From IMG/VR virus record IMGVR_UViG_3300031998_000004: a DNA stretch of 64,000 nt; one strand, written 5' to 3'. Under the pieces are notes generated by a model, which saw only the letters and a list, made by a program, of their open reading frames with translations, searched no databases and had not been told where the DNA came from. Position 1 is the stretch's first letter; each line of letters opens with the position of its first letter. Made by a program: the position numbers and the translations under genes. Of the stretch, positions 19,271 through 29,491 are shown piece after piece. Source of the DNA: a virus (taxonomy: Duplodnaviria; Caudoviricetes).

Positions 19271-19483
19271 ATGAATATCCAACCTAAATCTAGATCGGAT
19301 TGTAATAAACACGTAGTTAAACGTGAACATTACAGTAGAAAGAACGGAATTTGGAAACCAAAGAAACCTTTTGAAACTGAACAAGATGCGGTAAGCTGGA
19401 TAAATAAATATAAAATGAGTGGCTATTCGGCATACATCTGTAAGGTGTGTGGCAAGTGGCATATTGGCAAAAAGAAAGTATGA
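19271..19483 (+). CDS. small Zn-ribbon protein
   Basis: YICKVCGKWHIG motif. Confidence 0.6.
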   Translation: MNIQPKSRSDCNKHVVKREHYSRKNGIWKPKKPFETEQDAVSWINKYKMSGYSAYICKVCGKWHIGKKKV

Positions 19484-19806
19484 AACAATTAACCGAAAGT
19501 CTATTTGATAAGGATCTTACAATAAAGAATCTCTCACCCGCAGAGATAGCTAATTTATACAAAGGGTATAAACTTAACAAAACCGATGGTACTAAGGATT
19601 GTTTTGGAACACTATTAAAGAAGGGTGATTTGGTTTTAGTATATCGCAATGCCTCCGGAATGAGTATAGGAGTGTATAATGGATTGTATAAAGAAAATAG
19701 GGGGAGACTTTGCGAAATTTTAATTCCTGATAGTGATTTAACGAGATCTCATGCTTGTTATTGTGATAGTGTATTTAAATTAACTAATATACCAGAAATT
19801 AAATAA
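19480..19806 (+). CDS. MKxLxE-SLFD family protein
   Basis: MKQLTESLFDKDL (start re-assigned, ATGA overlap). Confidence 0.75.
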   Translation: MKQLTESLFDKDLTIKNLSPAEIANLYKGYKLNKTDGTKDCFGTLLKKGDLVLVYRNASGMSIGVYNGLYKENRGRLCEILIPDSDLTRSHACYCDSVFKLTNIPEIK

Positions 19807-19816
19807 AGAGCAATAT

Positions 19817-20251
19817 ATGAAAACAATAGTAGAATACATCAACGAAGGCCTTCGTCTTGACGAAGCAAAGAATGTTAAGAAAGATGACCTTCTCAAAGAG
19901 CTTGAACAAATAGCTAAATGGAATAACGAGAATAATATTAAGAAGTTAATGATTTCTTATTCTCCCGAAGACTCCAAAGTTTTTGGTAAGTCCCACTGGA
20001 AGGCTTGCGAAGAAGCAGTTGCATGGGTAAGTGATATCCTTAGAACCTTTGTCGATAATGAAGATGATAAGGTTATTGACTTGAGTGGTCTCAGTGATTG
20101 GGTTGCCGACACTATCGATAATGAAAGTTATGATAATGAACTTAATGAAATGGATGATGACTCAGAATCATCTCCATGGGATACCGATGCAATAATCAAT
20201 CTCTTTAATACAGTCTCAACAAAAGTATGTAAAGAAGTATGGCTGATCTAA
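19817..20251 (+). CDS. acidic putative internal head protein
   Basis: MKTIVEYINE CTS-like leader. Confidence 0.65.
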   Translation: MKTIVEYINEGLRLDEAKNVKKDDLLKELEQIAKWNNENNIKKLMISYSPEDSKVFGKSHWKACEEAVAWVSDILRTFVDNEDDKVIDLSGLSDWVADTIDNESYDNELNEMDDDSESSPWDTDAIINLFNTVSTKVCKEVWLI

Positions 20252-20745
20252 AAAACAAAATAGACATCAAAGATATAGACCTTGAACAGTTTGATGCTGT
20301 ATTGGTGCTTGACGGTGAATCTATTAATGAAGCCGGGCTCGGTGATTTAATGGGTAATAGTGGTTCAGATACTCGTGCAAATTCAGCAATAATAACTCCA
20401 CAAATAGACCGAGGTGCTTATAGTCAGTATCTCAATTATCAAGACCCAAAAATATATGCGAGTTGGTCATTTGGCCGTCAGCTCCAAAATCAACTAAATG
20501 GCATGGGTGCTGGGTTTGCTGCAGAAGTCGCAGACTTTGGACGTTACGTGAGTGCAAAAGTAACGTATAGTAATCCACCAACTGGTAAGACCGCATCAAA
20601 AGTATTTCTTGTTGTGTTTGAACCCGATGGTAAAAAAGGAAATATCTTTCAGACATCTAATCGTTATCGCACCTTCTCTGGTGTGGGACAAGCCGCTTCT
20701 TATATTAAGAGTTGTGTGAGTTCGTTAAGAGATAAAACTAATTAA
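20239..20745 (+). CDS. hypothetical protein
   Basis: 168-aa ORF in + strand block. Confidence 0.7.
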   Translation: MADLKNKIDIKDIDLEQFDAVLVLDGESINEAGLGDLMGNSGSDTRANSAIITPQIDRGAYSQYLNYQDPKIYASWSFGRQLQNQLNGMGAGFAAEVADFGRYVSAKVTYSNPPTGKTASKVFLVVFEPDGKKGNIFQTSNRYRTFSGVGQAASYIKSCVSSLRDKTN

Positions 20746-20751
20746 TTGATT

Positions 20752-22179
20752 ATGAAACATTTACCGCAATTTATATTAGAATCACTTTTCCTCGAAGCTA
20801 ATATGGCAAAGGAAACCCTTATACAAGAAACTCTTACTTGTATGTTTTTTGATGCCTGGTTTAACATGGACGAACGATTTGATAACATTAACGAGATTGT
20901 AGAGTATTATAATGCTAATAAAGATCTTATAGAAAAAATTGCAAGTGGTGCTGGATTGACCATTAATGATTATGATGCGTTGTTTTTGGACTTAAATACC
21001 AAAGGTAAAAGTTCAGCGAAGGCGAAGCAATGGCAGAATTCATTTATATATCAGTGTGAGTCGTTTGAGAATTGGATAAATTCTCATAAGTCTTTTGATA
21101 CGGATCTTGTATTTGTTCATCACGACACATCTATCGCAGTACATAATGGAAAAATAGAAAATGGTTGGGGAATCGCTGATAGAGTTGATATTGGAACGAA
21201 GAAATTTGGATATAAGGACAAAGACATATATCAGAAAGCAGACATATATGCTATTGTAAATAAGATAGGAAACACTCCTGAAGATGATATCAGTGAAGAA
21301 GTATCATACTGGGTAAAGTCAATCAATGGAGAGACCTCAGATAAGTTTGTAGGAATATCTCTTAAGAAACTTGGACGTGCTCTCGGACATGTACATACAT
21401 ACGGAATTGATCAATCGGTTATTAACATTGATCCGAAGTCAATCAATTTCAAATTTGATATATTCAATAATGTAGAATTTGATCCGGCACAAGGAGTACT
21501 CAAACCGGGCATAGTAACTACTTCTGTATTCTTTGATTTCGATGATGGGCAAGAAAAGAAAGAATGTAAGATTGATATTAGAGCTAATAGTAAAGGTCCT
21601 AAACATGCTATGATAGACCCTCATGTTAGCTATGGGGCGGCTGTGACAGTTGAGATGGCTATGAAGGGAGCAAAAGCACTTGCTGGTAAAGCACAGTCAC
21701 TTATATCCGAGTGGATCGGTGAGAAGATGGAATCCGCCAAGACTAAAGGTTCTGCAGATTATAAATCCAAATTAAATTACATCAAGTCAATCTTCGCTTC
21801 TGAGGGTGTAGACTTTGATGTGACATTAGATGATGCAACAACAAAATTCCTTAATTTCCTTTCTGCTAATAACGAGAAGATCATGGATATGTATAAGTCA
21901 TTTGAGAAGAACGGAAAGAACCTTGAGTCAATACAACCTTATCTTGACGAACTAGGAATCAATATGGATGGTTCTATAAAGGATATAATGGATGTACTAT
22001 ATGCTTCTACAAAATGGCATAACGTCTCTTGGAAAATCCTTTGTGATGTTGAAGCAATTGCAACGTACACAAAACAACATGGAATTAACGAAGCAATAAC
22101 CCAAATATATAAGACCTGTAAAGGTATATCCGGGAAGGATTCAAAACCACATCTTCCATATGTTTTGATTGGAGAGTAA
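20752..22179 (+). CDS. putative virion-packaged PD-(D/E)xK-like protein
   Basis: MKHLPQFILESLF leader; KADIYAI...FVGISLKK nuclease-like motif. Confidence 0.55.
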   Translation: MKHLPQFILESLFLEANMAKETLIQETLTCMFFDAWFNMDERFDNINEIVEYYNANKDLIEKIASGAGLTINDYDALFLDLNTKGKSSAKAKQWQNSFIYQCESFENWINSHKSFDTDLVFVHHDTSIAVHNGKIENGWGIADRVDIGTKKFGYKDKDIYQKADIYAIVNKIGNTPEDDISEEVSYWVKSINGETSDKFVGISLKKLGRALGHVHTYGIDQSVINIDPKSINFKFDIFNNVEFDPAQGVLKPGIVTTSVFFDFDDGQEKKECKIDIRANSKGPKHAMIDPHVSYGAAVTVEMAMKGAKALAGKAQSLISEWIGEKMESAKTKGSADYKSKLNYIKSIFASEGVDFDVTLDDATTKFLNFLSANNEKIMDMYKSFEKNGKNLESIQPYLDELGINMDGSIKDIMDVLYASTKWHNVSWKILCDVEAIATYTKQHGINEAITQIYKTCKGISGKDSKPHLPYVLIGE

Positions 22180-22206
22180 AAAAAAGGAACCTTAGGGTTC
22201 CTTTTT
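22178..22206. terminator. bidirectional terminator
   Basis: aaaaaggaacc-ttag-ggttcctttt between convergent genes. Confidence 0.8.
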
Positions 22207-23461
22207 ATTTAATATCTACGTGTACTGCTTTATCTCTTCCGTTATTCTTGATAGTTCCAGAAGGAATGATGTATTCCTTTTTAAGGAGTTCCAGGATATG
22301 GCCTGGTGTGGTAAATTCGTCCTTATGGAAGATTTCGAAATGAACATTGAAGTCTTTTGAGTGTTTGATATCCAGGGGTTGTTTGGAATCAATCTTTAAG
22401 TGCGTCCAGCCTTCGAGTCTGGGATAGACAAACCCATCATGACAGGCGTTGATCCAGTCAACTGACTTTTCAGTAAACTTACCGTCAAAAAAGAAGTCCC
22501 TCCAATGTTCCTTCATATCCCTAATAAACAACTCTCGATCTTCGTTGGATATATATTTTGAATATGTATTCATTTTTACTCCTGCAAACCATCGAATACA
22601 ATCTTCATCACTGATTTTTCTCAATTTAAAATCATTGTATTTATCAATCATTCCATACCCCAACATGTCTTCCCCCACAGCGTTAACATCGGACTGAACC
22701 TGACAACTAAGACGACCACCAGCAGCTTTCATTTCAAGATTGACACCGGACTTTGTACAAAGATCCCCGTGTTTCTCTTTAGACATATCCTTAATCTTCA
22801 ATCTCATTAGGTACTCACCATTACCTATTGCAGTTGAGCCGGCCTGTCTAATATTATAGAGCTTATAAAGAAGTTCGGCTGGAATACCTGGAAACATTTT
22901 TTGATAACTATCGATGCCTTTGTTATACTGCTGAATAAACTCTATGCCAGTCCATCTTCTTTTACAAAATTCATCATAGTAATCCTTACCATAAAGAGAC
23001 TCCACCTTTACAAACGAATCAATAAATGTAAGGGCAATATCCTCTGTAAATCCTTCTATAGGGCGAATAATGCCTTTTGGAGACATTCGTGAAATAGGAA
23101 AGAAGAAACGATAGTATTTATAAACATTTGGAATAACAGTTACATAAAGCCATCGATCCTTAATAAATTCTTTCAAATTCTTTTCGTATAAAGAGACTCT
23201 CTCACGAATACGAGTAATTGTATCGTGTTTTAATTTACTTTGATTATAAGCAATTTTTGTATTGGTTTTGTGGCGATTTCGGACACGGATCTCTCCGAGG
23301 ACTGCGTAGAGAGTAGGAAGATCATATGCATATTTGGGTCTTGACTTACACCATTCGATACGTTTGAGAATGGAGGATTCGGTTTTGTAGCGATTACGAA
23401 TGATTTCCTTCTTATGGGGTTTCAGTTCGTTAGCTCTACGTTCTTTTTCTTCTTGCGCCAT
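22205..23461 (-). CDS. hypothetical protein, possible PD-(D/E)xK nuclease
   Basis: GNGE...HGDL...NLEMK motif. Confidence 0.5.
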   Translation of the reverse strand: MAQEEKERRANELKPHKKEIIRNRYKTESSILKRIEWCKSRPKYAYDLPTLYAVLGEIRVRNRHKTNTKIAYNQSKLKHDTITRIRERVSLYEKNLKEFIKDRWLYVTVIPNVYKYYRFFFPISRMSPKGIIRPIEGFTEDIALTFIDSFVKVESLYGKDYYDEFCKRRWTGIEFIQQYNKGIDSYQKMFPGIPAELLYKLYNIRQAGSTAIGNGEYLMRLKIKDMSKEKHGDLCTKSGVNLEMKAAGGRLSCQVQSDVNAVGEDMLGYGMIDKYNDFKLRKISDEDCIRWFAGVKMNTYSKYISNEDRELFIRDMKEHWRDFFFDGKFTEKSVDWINACHDGFVYPRLEGWTHLKIDSKQPLDIKHSKDFNVHFEIFHKDEFTTPGHILELLKKEYIIPSGTIKNNGRDKAVHVDIK

Positions 23462-23464
23462 AAC

Positions 23465-23869
23465 TTAAATCAAATTTTCAAGACAATACTTTATTGCTGC
23501 TTCACAAGCTTCTTCATAGGTTTCAAGTTCCACCGTATCATAAATAGGAACTATAGGTATATCTTTTTTTCCTATGTTAATAACATCAAAATCATACCAT
23601 ATTCTTCTTCCGTCATAGTCTCCAACCATTATTTCTATAAACAAGTTATGTACCTCCCTCAACCACTTCATTGCTATTTGGAGGGTCACTAAAGGACACT
23701 TCTCTTCACAATCAATAGAAGCCTCAATAGCCATATCTTTTGAAGGGAATGTTTCATACTTGTTATAATGTCTGCCACTCTTGCCAAGTAGCATACCATT
23801 ACTATTCTTAAACCCCTTTTCTTTTAGGAGTTTAGCAATTTCAAAACTAACGTAGTCTTCTGTAATCAT
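23465..23869 (-). CDS. hypothetical protein (MITEDYVS.E.AKLLKEKGF family)
   Basis: Paralog of 24051..24449 with shared N- and C-termini. Confidence 0.75.
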   Translation of the reverse strand: MITEDYVSFEIAKLLKEKGFKNSNGMLLGKSGRHYNKYETFPSKDMAIEASIDCEEKCPLVTLQIAMKWLREVHNLFIEIMVGDYDGRRIWYDFDVINIGKKDIPIVPIYDTVELETYEEACEAAIKYCLENLI

Positions 23870-24050
23870 ATTTATTTTTCCACATCAAGCAAAAAATGAA
23901 TTAAAACTGTCAACGGCCAGAAAGCAATCAATACGCCATCAGAAAGCGACTCCAAAAAATCATCAGTGTCATATAATACGCCAATCTTATCACATATCAG
24001 TGTTCCCAATAATGAATAAACTAAAAATATTAATATTATCTGAATCATAT

Positions 24051-24449
24051 CTAAATCAAATTTTCAAGACAATACTTTATCGCAGATTCACAAGCGTCTT
24101 CGTAAGAATCTTCTACGTATGTAGAAGCCTTGCATCCATAGTTCTTTTGATAAACAGACCACTCAAAAACCTTTCCTGTCATGTCTTCTGTAATTCGTAT
24201 AAACAAGCCATATACTTCCCTCAACCATTTCATTGCCATTTGAAGAGTTGGTATATAGAAAAGAAGCTTGTATCTTGGATTAGATTTATTTTTGTCATCA
24301 TATTGTACTGTTCTATATGTCCTGTCTCCAGAAGGGTCACCACCCCAGTAAGAAGTAGATTCTGCATACCATACGGTACATGGGCTATCAAACCCCTTTT
24401 CTTTTAGGAGTTTGGCTGTTTCAAGACTAACGTAATCTTCTGTAATCAT
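24051..24449 (-). CDS. hypothetical protein (MITEDYVS.E.AKLLKEKGF family)
   Basis: Shares TLQ.AMKWLREV and AIKYCLENLI with 23465..23869. Confidence 0.75.
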   Translation of the reverse strand: MITEDYVSLETAKLLKEKGFDSPCTVWYAESTSYWGGDPSGDRTYRTVQYDDKNKSNPRYKLLFYIPTLQMAMKWLREVYGLFIRITEDMTGKVFEWSVYQKNYGCKASTYVEDSYEDACESAIKYCLENLI

Positions 24450-24624
24450 AATTAATAAGAGGTGTCTTTACAAATTGATTCCCCGCAAAGTTTGATTTCC
24501 ACAGTAATATTGTGTTCATCAGGTTCCATCCAAGTATCATAATAACCAACATCGTGTTCTGGATGCCGAACTTCGACTGTTAAATTCTCTTTTAGAAATT
24601 GTATTAGTTCTTCCTTATTCATAT

Positions 24625-24891
24625 CTATTCCTCCTTTCTCGTATCAAGAACTTGGTCAATATAAGTTCGTGCGTAAAACCGGATATCATCTTTCCATACT
24701 TGGCGACGCATTTTTATAAGTTGTCCATCTTTGTAGAAAAAGAATGTCAATCCTTTCCCCAGACCAGATAACATAATAACATCGTATCCTTTATAGGACA
24801 TTGTTTGTAGATGTTGTGGATTATGTCGTTGTTTCAAATATTCAAATTTCTCGCTGTAAGAATATCTTGCATTCCTTTCGAATTCGGTCAT
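24625..24891 (-). CDS. hypothetical protein
   Basis: ORF in co-oriented block. Confidence 0.6.
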   Translation of the reverse strand: MTEFERNARYSYSEKFEYLKQRHNPQHLQTMSYKGYDVIMLSGLGKGLTFFFYKDGQLIKMRRQVWKDDIRFYARTYIDQVLDTRKEE

Positions 24892-24894
24892 ATT

Positions 24895-25164
24895 CTACCT
24901 CTCATTTCTTGCGTTAACCCCAAGTTCGTAGAAGTGGCGAAGCATTTTATTGCACTCACACCAAGTCCATTTCCCATTTTTACAGGAATCTTCATCACCT
25001 ATCCAATTAAGAATCTCTTTCTCCAAATCCACCTCCGGCTGCTCCTGCTGGAGAGAGGTGATGAAATTATACAAATCATCCATAGCCAACTTTAATTGCC
25101 AGCTTGGATATTTATCTTTCAGTCTTTCTATCTCGGCAATCAGCTTTTCTGTGTCAATGTACAT
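24895..25164 (-). CDS. hypothetical protein
   Basis: ORF downstream of promoter motif at 25188-25218. Confidence 0.6.
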   Translation of the reverse strand: MYIDTEKLIAEIERLKDKYPSWQLKLAMDDLYNFITSLQQEQPEVDLEKEILNWIGDEDSCKNGKWTWCECNKMLRHFYELGVNARNER

Positions 25165-25187
25165 AGACTATAATTTTTTCAATTGTT

Positions 25188-25218
25188 TATATATAACAAA
25201 TTATTAAAAAACATTTAA
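25188..25218 (-). promoter_or_regulatory. putative phage promoter
   Basis: TTAAA-N18-TATATATA. Confidence 0.55.
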
Positions 25219-25249
25219 CTATTTTATATGAAATCATAATTATATTAAC

Positions 25250-27103
25250 ATGAGTTCATTCAATCCAATAAAAGAAGATAAAGAAGGAGTAATCGCAAAA
25301 CGAACTATATGGTCTACCCAGTCGGTTAATATGGCACTTCGTGGCCTAGAACAAGGACGTAAGTTGGTCGCTAATCCGTTCTACGAGAACAACACAAAAA
25401 TTCTCAAAGGGGACTTGGTGTTTGAGAGAACTCCTGAGGAGATTGCCGAATGGAAGCATTGTGCAAACGACATCATATATTTTGTAGAGAAGTATTGTAA
25501 GTTGATGACTCCAGAGGGAATTCAAAATATCGTCTTACGAGATTATCAAGAAGCATACTTGCGTCACCTAGAGAAACATAGGTTATCTGTGATGCTCTCT
25601 GCACGACAGGCTGGTAAGACAACGACATCTGCACTGTTTATGTTGCATTATATATGTTTCAACTTTGATAAGAATGCACTCGTGTTGGGTAACAAAAGGA
25701 AGACCGCAATTGAAATACTTGACAAGGCGAAAAAGATATTTATCGAACTCCCGTACTTCTTGAGACCCGGTGTATATAAATGGAACGAAGCTGAGATCGT
25801 TCTAGATAACGGATGTAGACTGATGGCGGAAGCAACCACGATCAACTCGGGTATTTCATTCACGTTCCACTGCGTCCTCGCAGACGAGTTTGGGCACATT
25901 GCTCCAAACATCTTGGATAAGTTCTACGAAAACCTATTTCCTACTATCACTGCTGCAAAGGCACGATTTATGATTACCTCCACACAGAACGGATATAATC
26001 TCTTTTATCGTATATATAAAGCAGCTGAAGCTGGGGAGAATGAATATGCTGCGTTTAAGGTTGACTGGGATCAGATACCTGAATGGAACCCCGATAAGCG
26101 TTGCTGGGAACCGAGAACCGAAGAGTGGCACCGGATGCAGATAGCAAACTACGGCTCTGAAGAAGCCTTCAATCGTCAGTTCGGTACGGACTTTGATGTG
26201 GATGCTAACACATTGATTAATAAGAAGATACTAAAGACCTGTCAACACGATTGTCAAGAATTCATTAATAAAGACATTCCCGGAGTGTCACTAGCCAATC
26301 ATTATTATTGGAGTCCTGACTACGACCCAGTATCACAGCTCAGAAAAGATTATATTATCGCACTCGGAGACCTGGCGGAAGGAGTAGAGAAAGACTATAC
26401 GCATTTTAATATATGTAGGCTTATTGAACCTGACTCCGATAAACTTGAATGTGTGGGGTACTACAGGTCAAATAACGTAGATCGAAAGGATATTGCGAAG
26501 TCTCTTATGGAACTCTGTTCGATTCAATGTGACCAGAACCACACTCTTCTTTCATTCGAGAGAAACACCTACGGAGAACTCTTCCTTAAACACATAGAGG
26601 ACTTCGAAGAGAAAAACACCATTCCTGGATTTGATAAGAGTGTGTTGGTTAAGTTCTTTAATGATAGTGGAACGAGATTTGAATATGGTGTTAGGATTAC
26701 TCGCGGAAACAAATCCAATATGTGTATTCTCTTTAAGGAGGATTTTGAGAAGGGGCGAGTTATAAACAAATCAACAATCTTCTGTTCCGAGCTTTTGAAC
26801 TTCTCCGATCCCGAAGAGAAAGGTGTTTGGAAAGCTGCGTTTGGTCATGACGATGCTGTGATGTCTATGATTCAATATGAAGCGGTAAAGAAGACCCTTC
26901 AGTTTACACTCCTCAAACAGGAATTCGATTCAATGGCCGGGCAAACCGATACAAGTTATAATCCATATTCTAATATATATGATACATTGACTCCTACCTC
27001 AGATGATATTTATGGGAGATTTTTAGAATCGGGGTGTAAAACGTTTGCTGAGTTTGAATCAAAGGAATCAGAGAGACGATTAGGTGGATGTAGATTGATG
27101 TAA
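25250..27103 (+). CDS. terL: terminase large subunit (T4 gp17-like)
   Basis: LRDYQ, Walker A SARQAGKTT, Walker B VLADEF, ITSTQNG, nuclease DLAEG...GHDDAVMS. Confidence 0.93.
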   Translation: MSSFNPIKEDKEGVIAKRTIWSTQSVNMALRGLEQGRKLVANPFYENNTKILKGDLVFERTPEEIAEWKHCANDIIYFVEKYCKLMTPEGIQNIVLRDYQEAYLRHLEKHRLSVMLSARQAGKTTTSALFMLHYICFNFDKNALVLGNKRKTAIEILDKAKKIFIELPYFLRPGVYKWNEAEIVLDNGCRLMAEATTINSGISFTFHCVLADEFGHIAPNILDKFYENLFPTITAAKARFMITSTQNGYNLFYRIYKAAEAGENEYAAFKVDWDQIPEWNPDKRCWEPRTEEWHRMQIANYGSEEAFNRQFGTDFDVDANTLINKKILKTCQHDCQEFINKDIPGVSLANHYYWSPDYDPVSQLRKDYIIALGDLAEGVEKDYTHFNICRLIEPDSDKLECVGYYRSNNVDRKDIAKSLMELCSIQCDQNHTLLSFERNTYGELFLKHIEDFEEKNTIPGFDKSVLVKFFNDSGTRFEYGVRITRGNKSNMCILFKEDFEKGRVINKSTIFCSELLNFSDPEEKGVWKAAFGHDDAVMSMIQYEAVKKTLQFTLLKQEFDSMAGQTDTSYNPYSNIYDTLTPTSDDIYGRFLESGCKTFAEFESKESERRLGGCRLM

Positions 27104-27133
27104 AAAAAAAAGAACCCCGAAGGGTTCTTTTTT
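27103..27133. terminator. bidirectional terminator
   Basis: aaaagaaccc-cgaa-gggttctttt between convergent genes. Confidence 0.8.
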
Positions 27134-27878
27134 AGTCCTGATAAGGAACCGGATCTTTCAATCCGTTCTTCTCAAATGCTTCTAGTCGTTCTGTACAACT
27201 ACCACACTTCCCACAGCTCCTACCTTCAGGGTCCGGATCATAGCATGTGTGGGTATTGGAAAGGAACTCATCACGGTCCTCATCATTCCATCCAAGAGTC
27301 TTCATCGCCTTCAACCCCTCTGCAAGAACTTCCGCTTTATCAATATCAACAAACGGTGCTTCGTAAGCTACTTTGTCTGCGTTCCAATCAGAAATCCTAA
27401 ATGCCTTCTCACATGCCTCACGAGATTCAGGACGACAGTCGGGATAGATAGTATGGTCTCCGGCATGGATACCAAGACTGATGATGACATTCTCTCCACT
27501 CTCTACTGCCCAGTTGATCGCTTTACTAAATACAACTGCACTAAAGAGTACATTCCTAAGGGGAACTACTGTACTCTTCATATTCTCTGCAGCATAGTGT
27601 CCGTGAGGAATATCCTTTCCAGTACTCGCTACAAGTGAACTGGTATTTCCAGAGAATACATCAACCATATTAATAATCTGATGACTGACCGGAAGACCCT
27701 TTGCTCGTAAGAACGCGATGTTTTTGGTAATCTTCTCAAGTTCAATCCTATGTTTCTGACCGTAGTCAAAACTATAACATCTTACTTCCTTGCCTTCTGC
27801 AAGGAGCTTTAGTAAAAGCATGCTGCTATCCAATCCGCCGGAGCAGCTAAGAACGGCCTTCTTTGCAAAATTACTCAT
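27132..27878 (-). CDS. queC: 7-cyano-7-deazaguanine (preQ0) synthase
   Basis: SGGLDS, FDYGQKH, VPLRN, YPDCRPE, CGKCGSCTER. Confidence 0.95.
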   Translation of the reverse strand: MSNFAKKAVLSCSGGLDSSMLLLKLLAEGKEVRCYSFDYGQKHRIELEKITKNIAFLRAKGLPVSHQIINMVDVFSGNTSSLVASTGKDIPHGHYAAENMKSTVVPLRNVLFSAVVFSKAINWAVESGENVIISLGIHAGDHTIYPDCRPESREACEKAFRISDWNADKVAYEAPFVDIDKAEVLAEGLKAMKTLGWNDEDRDEFLSNTHTCYDPDPEGRSCGKCGSCTERLEAFEKNGLKDPVPYQD

Positions 27879-28425
27879 ATCTTAAATCTCCATAATTTTT
27901 CATTATATCCTCAACAATTGCCACTCTTTCCTCAACAGTTCCTCTCAACTCAATGTAATCAACGCCCATTCCATCAAGCAGGTCTTTAATGTTCTTATCG
28001 ATTGCTTTCCTGAAATCTTCATCCATTGAACGGAAACCATCATACTCCACATCAAACTCAATAGGAACATAGAAATAAACAGTATCGTTTCCATACTTCT
28101 CTTGGAACTCCACGAGTCTCTCTATCTGGTCATCCAAGAACTTCTCTCCTTCCTCTCCCTTGTCCTGCATGTTATAACAAGTATATGCAATAACATCTGT
28201 CAATCCACGATCAGAAATGAATGGAATTTCCTCTTTACTCAACACCTGTTCATAAGTGTCAAAGATCCTTGTCTGTCCCCTCATGTTTCCTTGTTCGTTG
28301 ACCGGGATCTGTTCGTCCTTTGCAAGATTCCTAACCACTTCAGTTACAATGTTTATCTTCCCTTCAAAATGTTTTAATATAGAAGTTTTTCCCACACCTT
28401 GTGCTCCTGTTAATATATACCTCAT
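27871..28425 (-). CDS. P-loop NTPase / nucleotide kinase-like (AAA_28/NadR-type)
   Basis: TGAQGVGKTS; ISDRGLTDVIAY. Confidence 0.75.
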   Translation of the reverse strand: MRYILTGAQGVGKTSILKHFEGKINIVTEVVRNLAKDEQIPVNEQGNMRGQTRIFDTYEQVLSKEEIPFISDRGLTDVIAYTCYNMQDKGEEGEKFLDDQIERLVEFQEKYGNDTVYFYVPIEFDVEYDGFRSMDEDFRKAIDKNIKDLLDGMGVDYIELRGTVEERVAIVEDIMKNYGDLRYE

Positions 28426-28450
28426 AATTAATTAGTTATAAAATTTAACA

Positions 28451-29491
28451 TTAATCTTTTACAGTATTAATATATTGTTTTATCTTATTAAATTTATCCC
28501 TTAACTCCTCCGGAATCATCCCTTCAGTCATCGTTTCGATATTGTATCCTTCAAACTTCTTAATGTCTACTGTTGTGTTCTCGTTCTCGTCCGGTTGAGG
28601 AATCCTCCATATATTCTTAAACTTCTTTGTCCACTGTGAGTAAGCATCCGCGTATTTCTTTTGAGCCACCTTAGACCTATCTATATATATCTCTATATAG
28701 TCATCCTTCTTAACAGACTTCGGAATCTCAAATATCTCGTCATTATAGAATCTCCAGAATCGGATACTCTTGGTGTTTGGAATAAACTTTAGTTCACCAC
28801 CATCCTCGTATTCGTAGAATCCCCTTTCGGAGTTGTTATCAGTAAATGTCAATGCAAATACACTGCCGAGATTCTTGATATTGTCTTTAAAGTATGGGGT
28901 ATGAATATGTCCTGAGATAATATTCTGACATTCTATATCCGTTTTTTCACGAACCAAGTCAGCATGTGTAAAGATGTGTGTGATGTCGGCGTCGGGGGAG
29001 CGATCCGGATCATTTCTAAAGTTTTCTAAATATTCCACCAGATCGTCATGTTTGATCCACTCATACCATGGAACATACAAGCATACTTCATTCCCCCAAG
29101 TATCTCCTTGTTTAGATCGGGATATTATGTTAAAAATAGAAGGATATTTTAATTGTAATTGTTGAAACATTAGTGTTACCGTATCCACGTCTTCTATCCG
29201 TTCCCCGTAGTAATCATGATTTCCAGAAACTATGATAAACTTATCTACTATCTCACATATCTGTAAAAATAGATCCACCACTGTTGTTGCTATATAAGTA
29301 TTAATTGTTGAACGACTGTCAAACACATCCCCACAATGAATGAGACGAACCATATATCCATCTTTCTTTCTCTTTTTAAGATGCGGAATGAGTTGTTTGT
29401 CAAAAAACTCCTTTTGAGACTTCAACCACGTCATACTACAATTATGTGTCCCAAAATGAGTATCTGTTATAAGAACTGTTATATACTTCAT
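28451..29491 (-). CDS. recombination nuclease, T4 gp47/SbcD/Mre11-like
   Basis: DTHFG, GDVFD, GNHD, SGHIH, LGS...TFTD. Confidence 0.85.
   Translation of the reverse strand: MKYITVLITDTHFGTHNCSMTWLKSQKEFFDKQLIPHLKKRKKDGYMVRLIHCGDVFDSRSTINTYIATTVVDLFLQICEIVDKFIIVSGNHDYYGERIEDVDTVTLMFQQLQLKYPSIFNIISRSKQGDTWGNEVCLYVPWYEWIKHDDLVEYLENFRNDPDRSPDADITHIFTHADLVREKTDIECQNIISGHIHTPYFKDNIKNLGSVFALTFTDNNSERGFYEYEDGGELKFIPNTKSIRFWRFYNDEIFEIPKSVKKDDYIEIYIDRSKVAQKKYADAYSQWTKKFKNIWRIPQPDENENTTVDIKKFEGYNIETMTEGMIPEELRDKFNKIKQYINTVKD

Noticed and set aside
23465-24449. MITEDYVS paralog pair as a diversity-generating retroelement target
   Set aside because: Differences are not adenine-specific and no reverse transcriptase is present; ordinary duplication
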